This document shows positions 12,244 to 24,820 of a DNA stretch of 64,000 nucleotides, piece after piece (within the stretch, counting starts at the first letter, position 1; each line of letters starts with the position of its first letter). The position numbers were made by a program, and so were the translations under genes. The stretch comes from Malacoraja senta (Eukaryota), in contig CM075987.1 in the NCBI GenBank assembly GCA_038087875.1, positions 17,424,001 to 17,488,000 of the forward strand. Direction: 5' to 3'. A model generated the notes under the pieces. The model worked only from the letters and a program-made list of their open reading frames with translations. It was not told the DNA's origin and did not search any database.

Positions 12244-12345
12244 TCTGAAGAAGGGTCCCTACCTGAAACATCACATATCCATGTTCTCCAGCAATGCTAC
12301 CTGACCCGCTAAGTTACTTCAGCATTTTGTGTCTAACTTTAGGAT
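12244..12345 (+). mobile_element. Degenerate Penelope-type terminal repeat
   Basis: CTGAAGAAGGGTCCCTACCTGAAAC...GCTAAGTTACTTCAGCATTTTGTGTCTA. Confidence 0.55.
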
Positions 12346-12361
12346 AAACCTGTATTTGCAG

Positions 12362-12562
12362 GAAGAGACGGAGACTAAGACTTTGCCTCCATCACAGTGA
12401 GGATGTGCTTGGTGAACTCACTGTGGTGGATGTTTAATTTGTGTTTATTGTCTGTTTTGTTATTATTGGTTCTGTGTATGACTGCAGGCATCACAATTTT
12501 GTTCAGACCGAAAGGTCCGAATGACAATAAAGGAAACTTGAACTTGAACTTGAACTTGAACT
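12362..12562 (+). mobile_element. 3' portion of the same GC-rich non-autonomous retroelement family
   Basis: CCATCACAGTGAG...CTCACTGTGGTGG hairpin, second hairpin with GAAA loop, TGACAATAAA and an (AACTTG)n tail. Confidence 0.65.
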
Positions 12563-12934
12563 ATTTTTATTACTAAATATTGCATGCTGTTATGGTCACC
12601 ACAGTAGAATGAAAGTCAGTGCATGAGAGAGGATGCAGGACAGATTTGCCACGATGTTGCCTGTGATGGAATATTTCAGTTATGAGCAGAGACTGGAGAG
12701 GCTGGTTGATTTTTTATTGCAGCGGGGAAGGCTGAGAGGCTCCTTAGAGAGGTGTACACAATAAAGTTCATCAATGATAGGAGCAGAATTAGGCCATTTG
12801 ACATTGTCTACTCCGCCATTCATTCATGGCTGATCTATCTTTCCCTCGTGACCCCATTCTCCTGCCTTCTCCCCATAACCCAAAATGATAAGGGCAAAGA
12901 TGGGATAGATAGTAAGAGCCATCATCTCATAGCA

Positions 12935-13060
12935 CCGAGGCCTAGGTTCAATCTTGACCACTGGTGCGGTCTGTGTGAAATCTGTATGTTTTCCCTATGG
13001 CCACTTAGTTTCCTATGGGTGCCCTGTTTTTTTCCCCACATCTTAAAGATGTCCAATTAG
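12935..13060 (+). mobile_element. Degenerate V-SINE (HE1-like) fragment
   Basis: B-box-like GGTTCAATC followed by a V-domain-like GTCTGTGTG...TGTTTTCCC...CCCACATC stretch. Confidence 0.45.
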
Positions 13061-13144
13061 GTAAATGTTAAAAGAGTTCAAAGTAAAAGCAGCATTGCAA
13101 TAGTTAGGCAACTATTAGATTGCATGGGAGCCAAGGGGAGATAG

Positions 13145-14435
13145 ATGAATTTTTGAAGACGTGACCAAAAAGGTTGATGAGGGCAGAGCTGTCGATGTTG
13201 TGTACATGGACTTCGGTAAGGTGTTCAATAAGGTTCCGCATGGTAGGCTGCTTGTTCTGGAAGGTTAGATCTCATGGGATCCAAGGAGAGAGAGCTGAAT
13301 GGATAGCAAATTGGCTCCATGGAAGGAAGCAGAGGGTGATGGTGAAAGGTTGCTTCACAGACTGGAGGCCTGTGACTAGTGGTGTGCCTCAGGGTTCGGT
13401 GCTGGGCCCGTTCCTGTTTGTCATCTATATCAATGATTTGGATGAGAACATACAGGGCAAGATTAGCAAGTTTGCAGATGAGACAAAAGTGAGTGGTTTT
13501 AAAGGTAGTGACAATAATTGTGAAAGATTGCAGCAGGATCCTGATGGATTGGCCAGGTGGGCTGAGGAATGGTTGATGGAATTTAATACAGAAAAATGTG
13601 AGGTCTTGCATTTTGGGAAGTCTAACATGGGCAGGACCTGCAGAGTGAATGGTAGGGCTCTGGGTAGTGTTGTCGAGCAGAGGGATCTAGGAGCACAGAT
13701 GCATGGTTCCTTGAAGGTCTAGTCGCAGGTAGATTGGATGGTCAAAAAGGCTTTTGGCACTTTGGCCTTAATCAGTCAGAGTATTGAGTATAGAGGTTGG
13801 GAGGTCATGTTGCAGTTGTATAAGACGTTGGTGGGGCTGCATTTAGAGTATTGTGTTCAGTTCTGGGCATCATGTTATAGGAAAGATGTTGACAAGATGG
13901 AAAGGCTACAGAGAAGATTTATGAGGATGTTGCCAGGACTAGAGGATCTGAGCTATAGGGAGAGGTTGAGTAGGCTGGGACTCTATTCCTTGGAGCGCAG
14001 GAGGATGAGAGGTGATCTTATAGAGGTGTATAAAATCATGAGATGAATGGATCAGTTAGACGTACAGTCTCTTGCCCAGAGTTGGGGAATTGAGGGCCAA
14101 AGAACATAGGTTCAAGGTGAAGGGGAAAAGATTTAATAGGGTGGTTGGTGTATGGAACGAGCTGCCAGAGGAGGTAGTTGAGGCTGGGACTATCCCAACA
14201 TTTAAGAAACAGTTTGACTGGTACATGGATAGGGCAGGTTTGGAGGGATATGGACCAAGCGCAGACAGGTGGGACTAGTGTAGCTGGGGCATGTTGGCCG
14301 GTGTGGGCGAGTTGGGCCAAAGGGCCTGTTTCCACACTGTATCACTCTCTGACTAGTGTAGCTGGGACATTGTTGGCCGGTGTGGGCGAGTTGGGCAGAA
14401 GGGCCTGTTTCCACACTGTATCACTCTGTGACTCT
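13145..14435 (+). mobile_element. 5'-truncated CR1 LINE (RT to 3' end)
   Basis: [16 protein letters not shown] and HLEYCVQFW motifs with stops; terminal ~75 bp duplicated in tandem. Confidence 0.92.
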
Positions 14436-14644
14436 AATAATGTTTAAGTAGACTTTCTACAAAATGGAGGATAGCTACATTATACAAAAAAGAACTATCT
14501 AGGTATTGCGGGACAACCATTTTTCACCCAGTGGTCTCTCAGACAAAATTGACAAGCCAGGCCTCTTAACAGTACGGAGGCAGTCTGATCAGGACTCATA
14601 AGATCATGAAATAGTTATTGTTCTTATTCAGGGACAGAGCCTAG

Positions 14645-15960
14645 GGCATTCTGCAGATGCACCATAGAAAGCATCTTATCAGGATGCATCACAGCTTGGT
14701 TTGGAAACAGCTCCCTCCAAGACCACAAGAAATTGCAGTGAATTGTGGACGCAGCCCAGACCATCACACAAACCAACCTCCCTTCTATCCGGAAGTGGCA
14801 GCGCCTAACGGCAGCGGCTCGACTGCAGTCCGTCTGTCTTTTTTTAATTTTTGTCTAGTTAAATGTAGTTGTTTGTGTTTTTTTATATTGTTTTTAACTG
14901 TGTATATATGGGGGGGGGGGAGGGGGAAACTTAAAAAAATCTCTTCCCTGTATGCAGGACCCGACCTTTCTGTGTCGGGTCTCCGTTGTCGTTGGGGCCT
15001 AGCACCGTGGAGCGGCCTCCAACCGGAACGACCTGGGGCTCCAGTCGCGGAGCCTGCGGACTACTCACCATCGTGGAGCTGGCCGAGTTCGGAGCGTGGA
15101 GAGCTGCAGTGACGCGCGGCTGTGACCCGACCCCGGAGATTCGGAGGCTCCAGCCGCAAGTCTGGTGGACGGTGACATCGGGAGCTCGCGGGTCCCTGGT
15201 GGGAGACCGCTTTTCGGGGCTTCCGCAACGGCAACTTCTCCCGCCCAAGTTGCGGGGTTGAAGATGACCTGGAGCTGGGTCTAACATCACCCGGCGCGGC
15301 TTTAATGGCCGCGGGACTTGCTAGCGCTATCGGGGGCTCCAACATCCAGACCCGGAGGGCGGCCTTGCATCGCCCGGCGCGGCTTTAATGGCCGCGGGAC
15401 TTATTTTCCATCGCCCGCCGGGGGCTCTGACTCTGACATCGGGAGGAGAATGGGGAGTGCAGGGGAGAGATAAGACTTTGCCTTCCATCACAGCGAGGAG
15501 GAGATTCGCTGTGATGGATGTTTGTGTAAATTGTGTTGTGTCTTGGTTCTTTTTACTTGTTTGTATGACTGCAGAAACCGAATTTCGTTTGAACCTCATT
15601 TGAGGTTCAAATGACAATAAATGGTATTGTATTGTATTGACTCCATTTATACCTCACGCTGCCTCGGCAAGGCCAGCAGCATAATCAAGGACCAGTCGCA
15701 CCCTGGCCACCTCCTCTTCTCCCCTCTCCCATCACAACCAGAGAGCAGTCCTGAACTACTATCTACCTCTTTGGTGACCCTCGGACTATCCTTGATCAGA
15801 ATTTGCTGGCTTTACCTTGCACTAAAAGTTATTCCCTTATCATGTATCTATACACTGTAAATGGCTTGACTGTAATCATGTATTGTCTTTCTGCTGACCA
15901 GATAGCACGAAACAAAAGCTTCTCACTCTACCTTTTCACATGACAATAAACTGAACGAAC
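14645..15960 (+). mobile_element. Rex1/Babar LINE 3' fragment split by a GC-rich insertion
   Basis: 14645-14789 and 15640-15960 join into the Rex1 C-terminus (RCLGKASSIIKDQSHPGH) and a TGACAATAAA end. Confidence 0.75.
14790..15639 (+). mobile_element. GC-rich non-autonomous retroelement with Rex1-type 3' end
   Basis: Same architecture as 10770-11521; hairpins at 15485-15518 and 15588-15611; (ATTGT)n tail. Confidence 0.7.
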
Positions 15961-16089
15961 TGCTTCAAATGAGGAAGAGACCAAAGAGCTGTCAATCTTC
16001 TGTCCATGAGATGACAGAGCTATGCCATTGTATTTGCAAAACACCTGGTTGGGTAATCCTATAATGTATGTAATCAATTCTTAATATTA

Positions 16090-17490
16090 TTATTATGGCT
16101 GATCTCTGCCTCCTAATCCCATTTTCCTGCTTTATACCCATAACCCGTGACACGCATTTTAATCAAGAATTTGTCCATCTCTGCCTTAAAAATATCCACT
16201 GACGACTACTACAGCCCTCTGTGGCAATGAATTCCACAGATTAAATACCCTCTGACTAAAGAAGTTAATTCTGAGGTTATGATCTCTGGTCCTTGACTCT
16301 CCCACCAGTGGAAACATCCTTTCCACATCCACTCTATTTTTGCCTTTCATTATTCTGTAAGTTTCCAAGAGGTCCCCTCTCAACCTTCTAAACTCCAGCG
16401 AGTAAGAGCTCATCATACGTATGTTAACCCACTCATTCCTGGAATCATTCTTGTAAACCTCCTCTGGACCCCCTCTAGAGCCAGCACATCCTCAGAAATG
16501 GGGCTCAAATTTGCTCACCGTACTCCAAATGCGGCCTAACCAGCGCCTTGTAGACCATTGCTCTACCTTCTCTCCATATCCACCGACACCCGTACTAATC
16601 AAGAATCTATCTATCTCTGCCTTAAAAATATCCATTGACTTGGCCTCCACAGCCTTCTGTTGCAATTAATTCCACAGATTCACCACCCTCTGACGAATGT
16701 AATTCCTCCTCATCTCCTTCCCAAACGAACGTCCTCTAATTCTTAGGGTATGACCTCTGGTCCTAGACTATCCCACTAGTGGAAACATCCTCTCCACATC
16801 CACTCTATCCAGGCCTTTCACTGTTTGGTAAGTTTCAATGAGGTACCCACTCATCCTTCTAAACTCCAGTGAGTACAGGCCCAGTGCCGTCAAACGCTCA
16901 TCAAATGCAATCTCCCACTCATCCCTGGGATATTTGTCAGTACTCAATACTCTCCATACTTCAAATGCGGTCTGACCATCGCCTTATAGAGCCCTGTTTT
17001 TGTATTCTCGTCCTCCTGAAATAAATGATAACATTACGTTTGCTTTATTTAATACCGATTCAACTCAAATGAGCTTTTTTGGAATCCTGCACTAGAACTC
17101 CCAGGTACCTTTTCACTGATTTCTAGATTCTCTCCACATTTAGAAAATAGTCTATGCCTTTATTCCTACTACCAAAATGCATGACTCCACACTTTGTTGC
17201 ATTATATTCCATCTGCCACTTCTCTGCCCACTCTCCCGACCTGCAGAGTCCCTGCTTTTTCTACCCTACCTGTCCCTCCACCTATCATTGTATCATCTGC
17301 AAATCTAGCTACAAAGCCATCAATCCCCTCGTACAAATCATTAATATACAACGTGAAGAGTAGCGGCCCCAGCACCGACCTCTGTGGAACTCCACTAGTC
17401 ACTGGCAGCCAACCAGAAAAAGCCCCCTTTATTGCCACTCTTTGTCTGCTGCCATCCAGCCAACCTGTTATCCATGCTAGTATCTGCCCT
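16090..17490 (-). mobile_element. Older CR1 LINE fragments (two 3' segments plus RT)
   Basis: Minus-strand ORFs with YSLEFRRLRGDL and GVPQRSVLGP/RFADDT. Confidence 0.85.
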
Positions 17491-18927
17491 TAAGAAACAT
17501 AGAAACATAGAAAATAGGTGCAGGAGTAGGCCATTCGGCCCTTCGAGCCTGCACCGCCATTCAATGTGATCATGGCTGATCATCCAACTCAGTATCCTGT
17601 ACCTGCCTTCTCTCCATACCCCCTGATCCCTTTAGCCACAAGGGCCACATCTAACTCCCTCTTAAATATAGCCAATGAACTGGCCTCAACTACCTTCTGT
17701 GATAGAGAGTTCCAGAGATTCACCACTCTCTGTGTGAAAAATGTTTTTCTCATCTCGGTCCTAAAGGATTTCCCCTTTATCCTTAAACTGTGACCCCTTG
17801 TCCTGGACGTCCCCAACATCGGGAACAATCTTCCTGAATCTAGCCTGTCCAACCCCTTAAGAATTTTGTAAGTTTCTATGTTCCCCCCTCAATCTTCTAA
17901 ATTCTAGCGAGTACAAGCCGAGTCTATCCAGTCTATCTTCATATGAATGTCCTGACGTCCCAGGAATCAGTCTGGTGAACCTTCTCTGTACTCCCTCTAT
18001 GGCAAGAATGTCTTTCCTCAGATTTGGAGACCAAAACTGTACGCAATACTCCAGGTGTGGTCTCACCAAGACCCTGTACAACTGCAGTAGAACCTCCCTG
18101 CTCCTATACTCAAATCCTTTTGCTATGAATGCTAACATACCATTCGCTTTCTTCACTGCCTGCTGTACCTGCATGCCTACTTTCAATGACTGGTGTACCA
18201 TGACACCCAGGTCTCGTTGCATCTCCCCTTTTCCTAATCGGCCACCATTTAGATAATAGTCTACTTTCCTGTTTTCCCACCAAAGTGGATAACCTCACAT
18301 TTATCCACATTATACTGCATCTGCCATGCATTTGCCCACTCACCCAGCCTATCCAAGTCACCTTGCAGCCTCCTAGCATCCTCCTCACAGCTAACACTGC
18401 CCCCCAGCTTCGTGTCATCCGCAAACTTGGAGATGTTGCATTCAATTCCCTCGTCCAAATCATAAATATATATTGTAAATAGCTGGGGTCCCAGCACTGA
18501 GCCTTGTGGTACCCGACTAGTCACTGCCTGCCATTCTGAAAAGGATCCGTTTACTCCTACTCTTTGCTTCCTGTCTGCCAGCCAGTTCTCTATCCACATC
18601 AATACTGAACCCCCAAAACCGTGTGCTTTAAGCTTGTATACTAATCTCTTATGTGGGACCTTGTCGAAAGCCTTCTGAAAGTCCAGATACAACACATCCA
18701 CTGGTTCTCCCCTATCCACTCTACTAGTTACATCCTCGAAAAATTCTATAAGATTCGTCAGACATGATTTACCTTTCGTAAATCCATGCTGACTTTGTCC
18801 AATGATTTCACCACTTTCCAAATGTGCTGCTATCCCATCTTTAATAACTGACTCTAGTAGTTTCCCCACTACCGATGTTAGACTAACTGGTCTGTATTTT
18901 CCCGTTTTCTCTCTCCCTCCCTTTTTA

Positions 18928-19808
18928 CAAGATACAAGATACAAGATACATTTATTGTCACATGTGCCAGTTGGCACAGTGAAATGTGTGGTCACCATAC
19001 AGCCATACAATAAAAATAAAGAACACAACCCACGATAGAGTTCAACATAAAACATCCCCACACAGCAGAATCAAAGTTAGCCACTGTGAGGGAAGGCACC
19101 AAAGTCAGTCATCTTCCTCTAATGTTCCCCAATGTTCACCCGTGGTCGGGGCCTCCCCGAGCCCTCCGCAGTCGCCGCTACGGGCGGCCAGATGTTCAGG
19201 CCCGCTCGCCGGGGTGATGTAAGTCCGACGTCGGGGCTGGGGGACCTCAGCAGCCTGGACATCAGAGTCGGCCACCTCCTACCGGAGTCCGCGGCTCCCA
19301 AAGTCCGCAGGCCATGTTGGGCGGAGATTCAACGCTGGCGGCCCTCGGTAAAGAAAGGGCCCCAGGACTCCGCGATGTTGTTCAGCACCGGCCGCGCTGG
19401 AAGCTCTCCCAAACCGCAGCTCCACGATGTTGGAACAGCGGCCCAACGCACCGGAGCTCCAAACGGCGATCCAGGTCGGCATCGCCCGCTCCACGGTGAA
19501 TTCAGCGCTGCGCCGCCGCTGTTGTAGCTCTGGTCCGGTTCCCGGCCCCCGGCAGGAAAAGCCGCTCCGATCCAGGTGGTCGGCCGCGAGGAGGGGGGCG
19601 AGGACGCGACTCGGAGAAATAGTCGCGTCCCCGCCAGGAAGCGACTGGGAAACAGTTTCCCCCTTACCCTACCCCCCTCCCCCACATAGAAAAGTTAAAG
19701 TTTCCCCCCAAAACAGACTTTAAACTAACTAAAAATAAAAAAAGATTGAAAAGACAAACAGGCTGTAGGCAGTGGCTGCCGTCAATGCGGCGCCCATGGG
19801 GAGGAGCA
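18928..19808 (-). mobile_element. GC-rich non-autonomous retroelement nested in CR1
   Basis: Interrupts CR1 ORF2 between LFK and KGGREK; (TCTTGTA)n tail, TGACAATAAA and both hairpins on the minus strand. Confidence 0.75.
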
Positions 19809-20923
19809 TTTAAAAAGTGGGGTTACATTAGCTACCCTCCAATGCTCAGGAACTACTCCAGAATCTAAGGAGTTTTGAAAAATTATCACTAATGCATCCA
19901 CTATTTCTGGGGCTACTTCCTTAAGTACTCTGGGATGCAGCCTATCTGGCCCTGGGGATTTATCGGCCTTTAATCCATTCAATTTACCTAACACCACTTC
20001 CCGGCTAACCTGGATTTCACTCAGTTCCACCATCTCATTTGACCCGCGGTCCCCTGCTATTTCCGGCAGATTATTTATGTCTTCCTTAGTGAAGACAGAA
20101 CCAAAGCAGTTATTCAATTGGTCTGCCATGTCCTTGTTCCCCATGATCAATTCACCTGTTTCTGACTGCAAGGGACCTACATTTGTTTTAACTAATCTTT
20201 TTCTCTTCACATATCCACAAAAACCTTTGCAGTCAGTTTTTATGTTCCGTGCCAGTGTTCTTTCATAATCTATTTTCCGTTCCTAATTAAGCCCTTTGTC
20301 CTCCTCTGCTGGACTCGGAATTTCTCCCAGTCCTCTAGTAGGCTGCTCTTTCTGGTTAATTTGTACGCTTCATCCTTTGTTTTGATACTATCCCTGATTT
20401 CCCTTGTTATCCACGGATGCACTACCTTCCCTGATTTATTCTTTTGCCAAACTGGGATAAACAATTGCAGTCATCCATGCAGTCTTTAAATGCCTTCCAT
20501 TGCATATCGACCGTCAACCCTTTAAGAATCAATTGCCAGTCAATCTTGGCCAATTCACGTCTCATACCCTCAAATTACCTTTCTTTAAGTTCAGAACCCT
20601 TGTTTCTGAATTAACAATGTCACTCTCCATCCTAATGAAGAACTCAACCATATTATGGTCACTCTTGCCCAAGGGGCCACGCACAATAAGACTGCTAACT
20701 AACCCTTCCTCATTACTCAATACCCAGTCTAGAATAGCCTGCTCTGTCGTTGGTTCCTCTACATGTTGGTTTAGAAAACTATCCCGCATACATTCCAAGA
20801 AATCCTCTTCCTCAGCACCCCTGCCAATTTGATTCACCCAATCTATATGTAGATTGAATTCACCCATTATAACTGTTTTACCTTTGTTGCATGCATTTCT
20901 AATTTCCTGTTTAATGCCATCCC

Positions 20924-21528
20924 GCAGGTGCGCTACATACCAAAGAGACTGCTGCTATCCTTTTATCGGTGCTCAATAGAGAGCATCTTAACATACTGTG
21001 TATGCGTGTGGTACACAAGCTGCACAGCGGCTAAGAGGAAAGCGCTCCAGAGGGCTATTGACAACGCCCAGAAGATCATCGGCTGCACTCTTATCACCTT
21101 GGAGGACTTACACAGTTCCCACTGTCTCAAAAAATCCCAGAACATCATAAAGGACATTTTCCACCCCGGACACTCCCTGTTTGAACTGTTGCCGTCAGGC
21201 AGACGGTACAGATCAATGAGGACAAGGACAAACAGAGTCAAAAACAGTTTTTATCCCACAGCAATAACTACACTTAATGTAGCCACCAAATTAGCGCAGG
21301 TGTGCTACATACCAAAGGGATTGTGAAATCGACAGAAGAATGTATGGTTGTGTGTTTATGCTTGTTTTTTTCATGTTATTTATTTTAGTTGTTTATTTTA
21401 GATATTTCTCTTTTACGTATCGTTAGCTTTTAGATAATGTGTGAATGGTGCACTGACTGGTTGGCATTTTTAATTTCGTTGTACATGTTTACATGTTATA
21501 ATGACAATAAAGTATTCATTCATTCATT
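20924..21528 (+). mobile_element. Rex1/Babar LINE 3' fragment nested in the CR1 endonuclease
   Basis: FYRCSIESILT...HPGHSLFELLPSGRRYRS motif; (ATTC)n tail. Confidence 0.85.
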
Positions 21529-22184
21529 CAACTCCATTACTACTGTTAGGTGGCCTGTACACAACACCCACTAGCGTTCTCTGCCCCTTGGTGTTTCGCA
21601 GCTCAACCCATATCGATTCCACATCCTCCAAGCTAATGTCCTTCCTTTCCATTGCGTTAATCTCCTCTCTAACCAGCAACGCTACCCCACCTCCTTTTCC
21701 TTTCTGTCTATCCCTCCTGAATATTGAATATCCCTGGATGTTCAGCTCCCAGCCTTGGTCACCCTGGAGCCATGTCTCCGTGATCCCAACTATATCATAA
21801 TCATTAATAGCTATCTGCACATTCAACTCATCCACCTTATTATGAATGCTCCTTGCATTGAGACACAAAGCCTTCAGGCTTGTTTTTACAACGCTCTTAC
21901 CCCTTATACAATTATGTTGAAAAGTGGCCCTTTTTGATTTTTGCCCTGGATTTGTCTGCCTGCCACTTTTACTTTTCACCTTGCTACCTATTGCTTCTAC
22001 CCTCATTTTACACCCCTCTGTCTCTCTGCTCACACATTTAAGAAACCCACCACCTCTTATTCTCTGTTTATTTTTTTTTCTTCTTTCCCCCCTACATGTT
22101 GGGTCTGAGTGCTTTCCTTCTCTGCCTCCTGCCTCACACACTGTCTACTAGCTTTCTTTATTTGAGTCCCTCCCCCCAACCGTT

Positions 22185-23102
22185 CTAGTTTAAAGTTACC
22201 GCAGTAGCCTTTGCAAATCTCCCCGCCAGGATATTGGTTCCCCTCGGGTTCAAGTGCAACCCGTCCTTTTTGTACAGGTCACACCTTCCCCAAAAGTGGT
22301 CCCAATGATCCAGAAACTTGAATCCCTGCCCACTGCACCAGTCCCTCATCCACGCATTTATCCTCCACCTCGCTCCATTCCTACTCTCACTGTCGCGTGG
22401 CACAGGCAGTAATCCTGAGATTGTTACCTTTGCGGTCCTTCTCCTTAACTCTCCTCCTAACTCCCTAAATTCTCCTTTTTTACCTATGTCATTGGTACCT
22501 ATATGTACCACGACCACGGGCTCCGCTCCCTCCCATTTCAGGATATCTTGGACATGTTCAGACACATCCCAGACCGTGGCACCAGGGAGGCAAACTACCA
22601 TCCGGGTCTCCTGACTGCGTCCACAGAATCGCCTATCTGACCCCCTAACTATAGAGTCCCCTATTACTATTGCCCTCCTCTTCTTTTCCTTACCCTTCTG
22701 AGCAACAGGGCCGGTCTCTGTACCGGAGGCCCGGCCGCTGTTGCTACCCCCAGGTAGGCTGTCCCCCCCAACAGTACTCAAACAGGAGTACTTATTGTCA
22801 AGGTGTACAGCCACCGGGGTACTCTCTAGTCCCTGCCTCTGCCCCTTGACCCTCCTAACCGTGACCCACTTGCCTGCCTCCTGTGGTCTTGGAGTGACCA
22901 CCTCTCTGTAACTCCTCTCTATGACTTCCTCGCTCTCCCTGACCAGACGGAGGTCATCGAGCTGTTGCTCCAGGTTCCTAATACGGTCCCTTAGGAGCCC
23001 CATCTCAATGCACCTGGCGCAGATGTGGACGTCTGGAAGGCTATCAGATTCCTTGACCTCCCACATCTGACATCCAGAACAGTAAACTGCCCTGGCCCTC
23101 AT
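22185..23102 (-). CDS. CR1 ORF1p: zinc finger, coiled coil and SGNH/GDSL esterase domain
   Basis: CxxC...CxxC, heptad repeat, GDSIVR, HIGTND and DGLHL motifs; open for 305 aa. Confidence 0.85.
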   Translation of the reverse strand: MRARAVYCSGCQMWEVKESDSLPDVHICARCIEMGLLRDRIRNLEQQLDDLRLVRESEEVIERSYREVVTPRPQEAGKWVTVRRVKGQRQGLESTPVAVHLDNKYSCLSTVGGDSLPGGSNSGRASGTETGPVAQKGKEKKRRAIVIGDSIVRGSDRRFCGRSQETRMVVCLPGATVWDVSEHVQDILKWEGAEPVVVVHIGTNDIGKKGEFRELGGELRRRTAKVTISGLLPVPRDSESRNGARWRINAWMRDWCSGQGFKFLDHWDHFWGRCDLYKKDGLHLNPRGTNILAGRFAKATAVTLN

Positions 23103-23371
23103 TCTGCCCCCTTACCCTGGATACAATACAAAGTACAATACAATACAATACAAAGTGCTGGAAGAAATCAGCAGGGATCTGACTTCCAACCAGCTGCTCC
23201 CTCTTGTCCGCTTCCACCAATCAGCGGCTTCCTCAAGCCCACTTGTTTTGAAATGCGAATGGAACGTTGTAACATTACAGATTTGGGTTCCTCCCTCTGC
23301 GACCGCTCCAACGGCTCCTGGGCCTTTGATATCAAATTAAACTGGAAACACTTGGAAAATGGAATATTCCG

Positions 23372-24608
23372 CTCTGGACCACTTGGACAACAAAAACTCC
23401 ACTCTGGACCACGTGGACAACAAAAACTCATATGTCAGGCTGTTATTCATCGATTACAGCTCGGCATTTAATATAATCATCCCCTCCAAGCTGGTTACCA
23501 AACTCGCAGAACTGGATCTCTGCGCATCCCTCTGCAATTGGATCCTCGACTTCCTCATTCTCAGACCACAGTCTGTTCGTATTGGTGGAAATGTGTCAGA
23601 CTCGATAACAATCAGCACGGGAGCACCTCAAGGCTGCGTGCTCAGCCCCCTGCTGTACTCACTCTATACTCATGACTGCGTCGCCGGTCACAGTGCGAAC
23701 TCCATCATCAAGTTCGCTGACGACACCACTGTTGTGGGACGTATCACTGATGGGGATGTCAGAGTACAGAAGAGAGATCGAGCAACTGTCCATATGGTGC
23801 CAGCACAATAACCTGGCCCTCAACACCAGCAAAACCAAGGAACTGATTGTGGACTTTGGAAGGAGTAGGATGGGGACCCACAATCCCGTTTATATCAATG
23901 GGTCAATGGTTGAAAGGGTCAAGAGCTTTAAATTCTTGGGCGTGCACATATCTGAAGATCTTTCCTGGTCCGAGAACACTGATGCTACTATTAAGAAAGC
24001 ACATCAGCGCCTCTACTTCCTGAGAAGATTACGGAGAGTCGGTTTGTCAAGGTGGACTCTCTCTAACTTCTACAGGTGCACAGTAGAGAGCATGCTGACC
24101 GGTTGCATCATGGCTTGGTTCGGCAACATGAGCGCCCCGGAGAGGAAAAGACTACAAAGAGTAGTAAACACTGCCCAGTCCATCATCGGCTCTGACCTCC
24201 CTTTCATCAAGGGGATCTATCGCAGTCGCTGCCTCAAAAAGGCTGGCAGTATCATCAAGAACCCACACCATCCTGGCCACACACTCATCTCCCTGTTACC
24301 TTCAGGTAGAAGGTACAGGAGACTGAAGACTGCAACGACCAGGTTCAGGAATAGCTACTTCCCCACAGCCATCAGGCTATTAAACCTGGCTCGGACAAAA
24401 CTCTAACATTAATAGCCCATTATCTGTTATTTGCACTTTATCAGTTTATTTGTTCATGTTATTCATATATTTATATAATGGTATATGGACACACTGATCT
24501 GTTTTGTAGTCAATGCCTTCTATGTTCTGTTGTGCTGAAGCAAAGCACAAATTTCCTTGTCCTATCAGGGACACATGACAACAAACGCACTTGAACTTGA
24601 ACTTGAAC
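23372..24608 (+). mobile_element. 5'-truncated Rex1/Babar LINE
   Basis: [30 protein letters not shown] and LPSGRRY motifs; one frameshift; (ACTTGA)n tail. Confidence 0.9.
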
Positions 24609-24820
24609 TATCCAGTTCTGTGGAGCTGATTGCCTGAGAATTTTGGCAACTCCCCGAGAATGTTGTATGGAACATAGAACATAGCACAGGCACGAGCCCA
24701 TCAGTCCACAATGTTTACCAATTTAAACTGATCTCATCTGCCTGTACATGATCCACACCCTCTATTCCCTATACTTACATCTGCTTATCTAAAGCCTCTT
24801 AAACGGCACGATGTACCTGC

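Larger units (their letters stand above)
17493..23350 (-). mobile_element. Near full-length CR1 LINE (ORF1, endonuclease, RT) with two nested insertions
   Basis: ORF1 at 22185-23102; AP endonuclease (CLNARSI, VGITETW, GVVYRPP); RT ([17 protein letters not shown]); (TCTATGTT)n tail at 17493-17513. The 5' limit is approximate. Confidence 0.92.

Noticed and set aside
22185..23102. Host GDSL/SGNH esterase gene
   Set aside because: It lies directly upstream of CR1 ORF2; the esterase is a known CR1 ORF1p domain.
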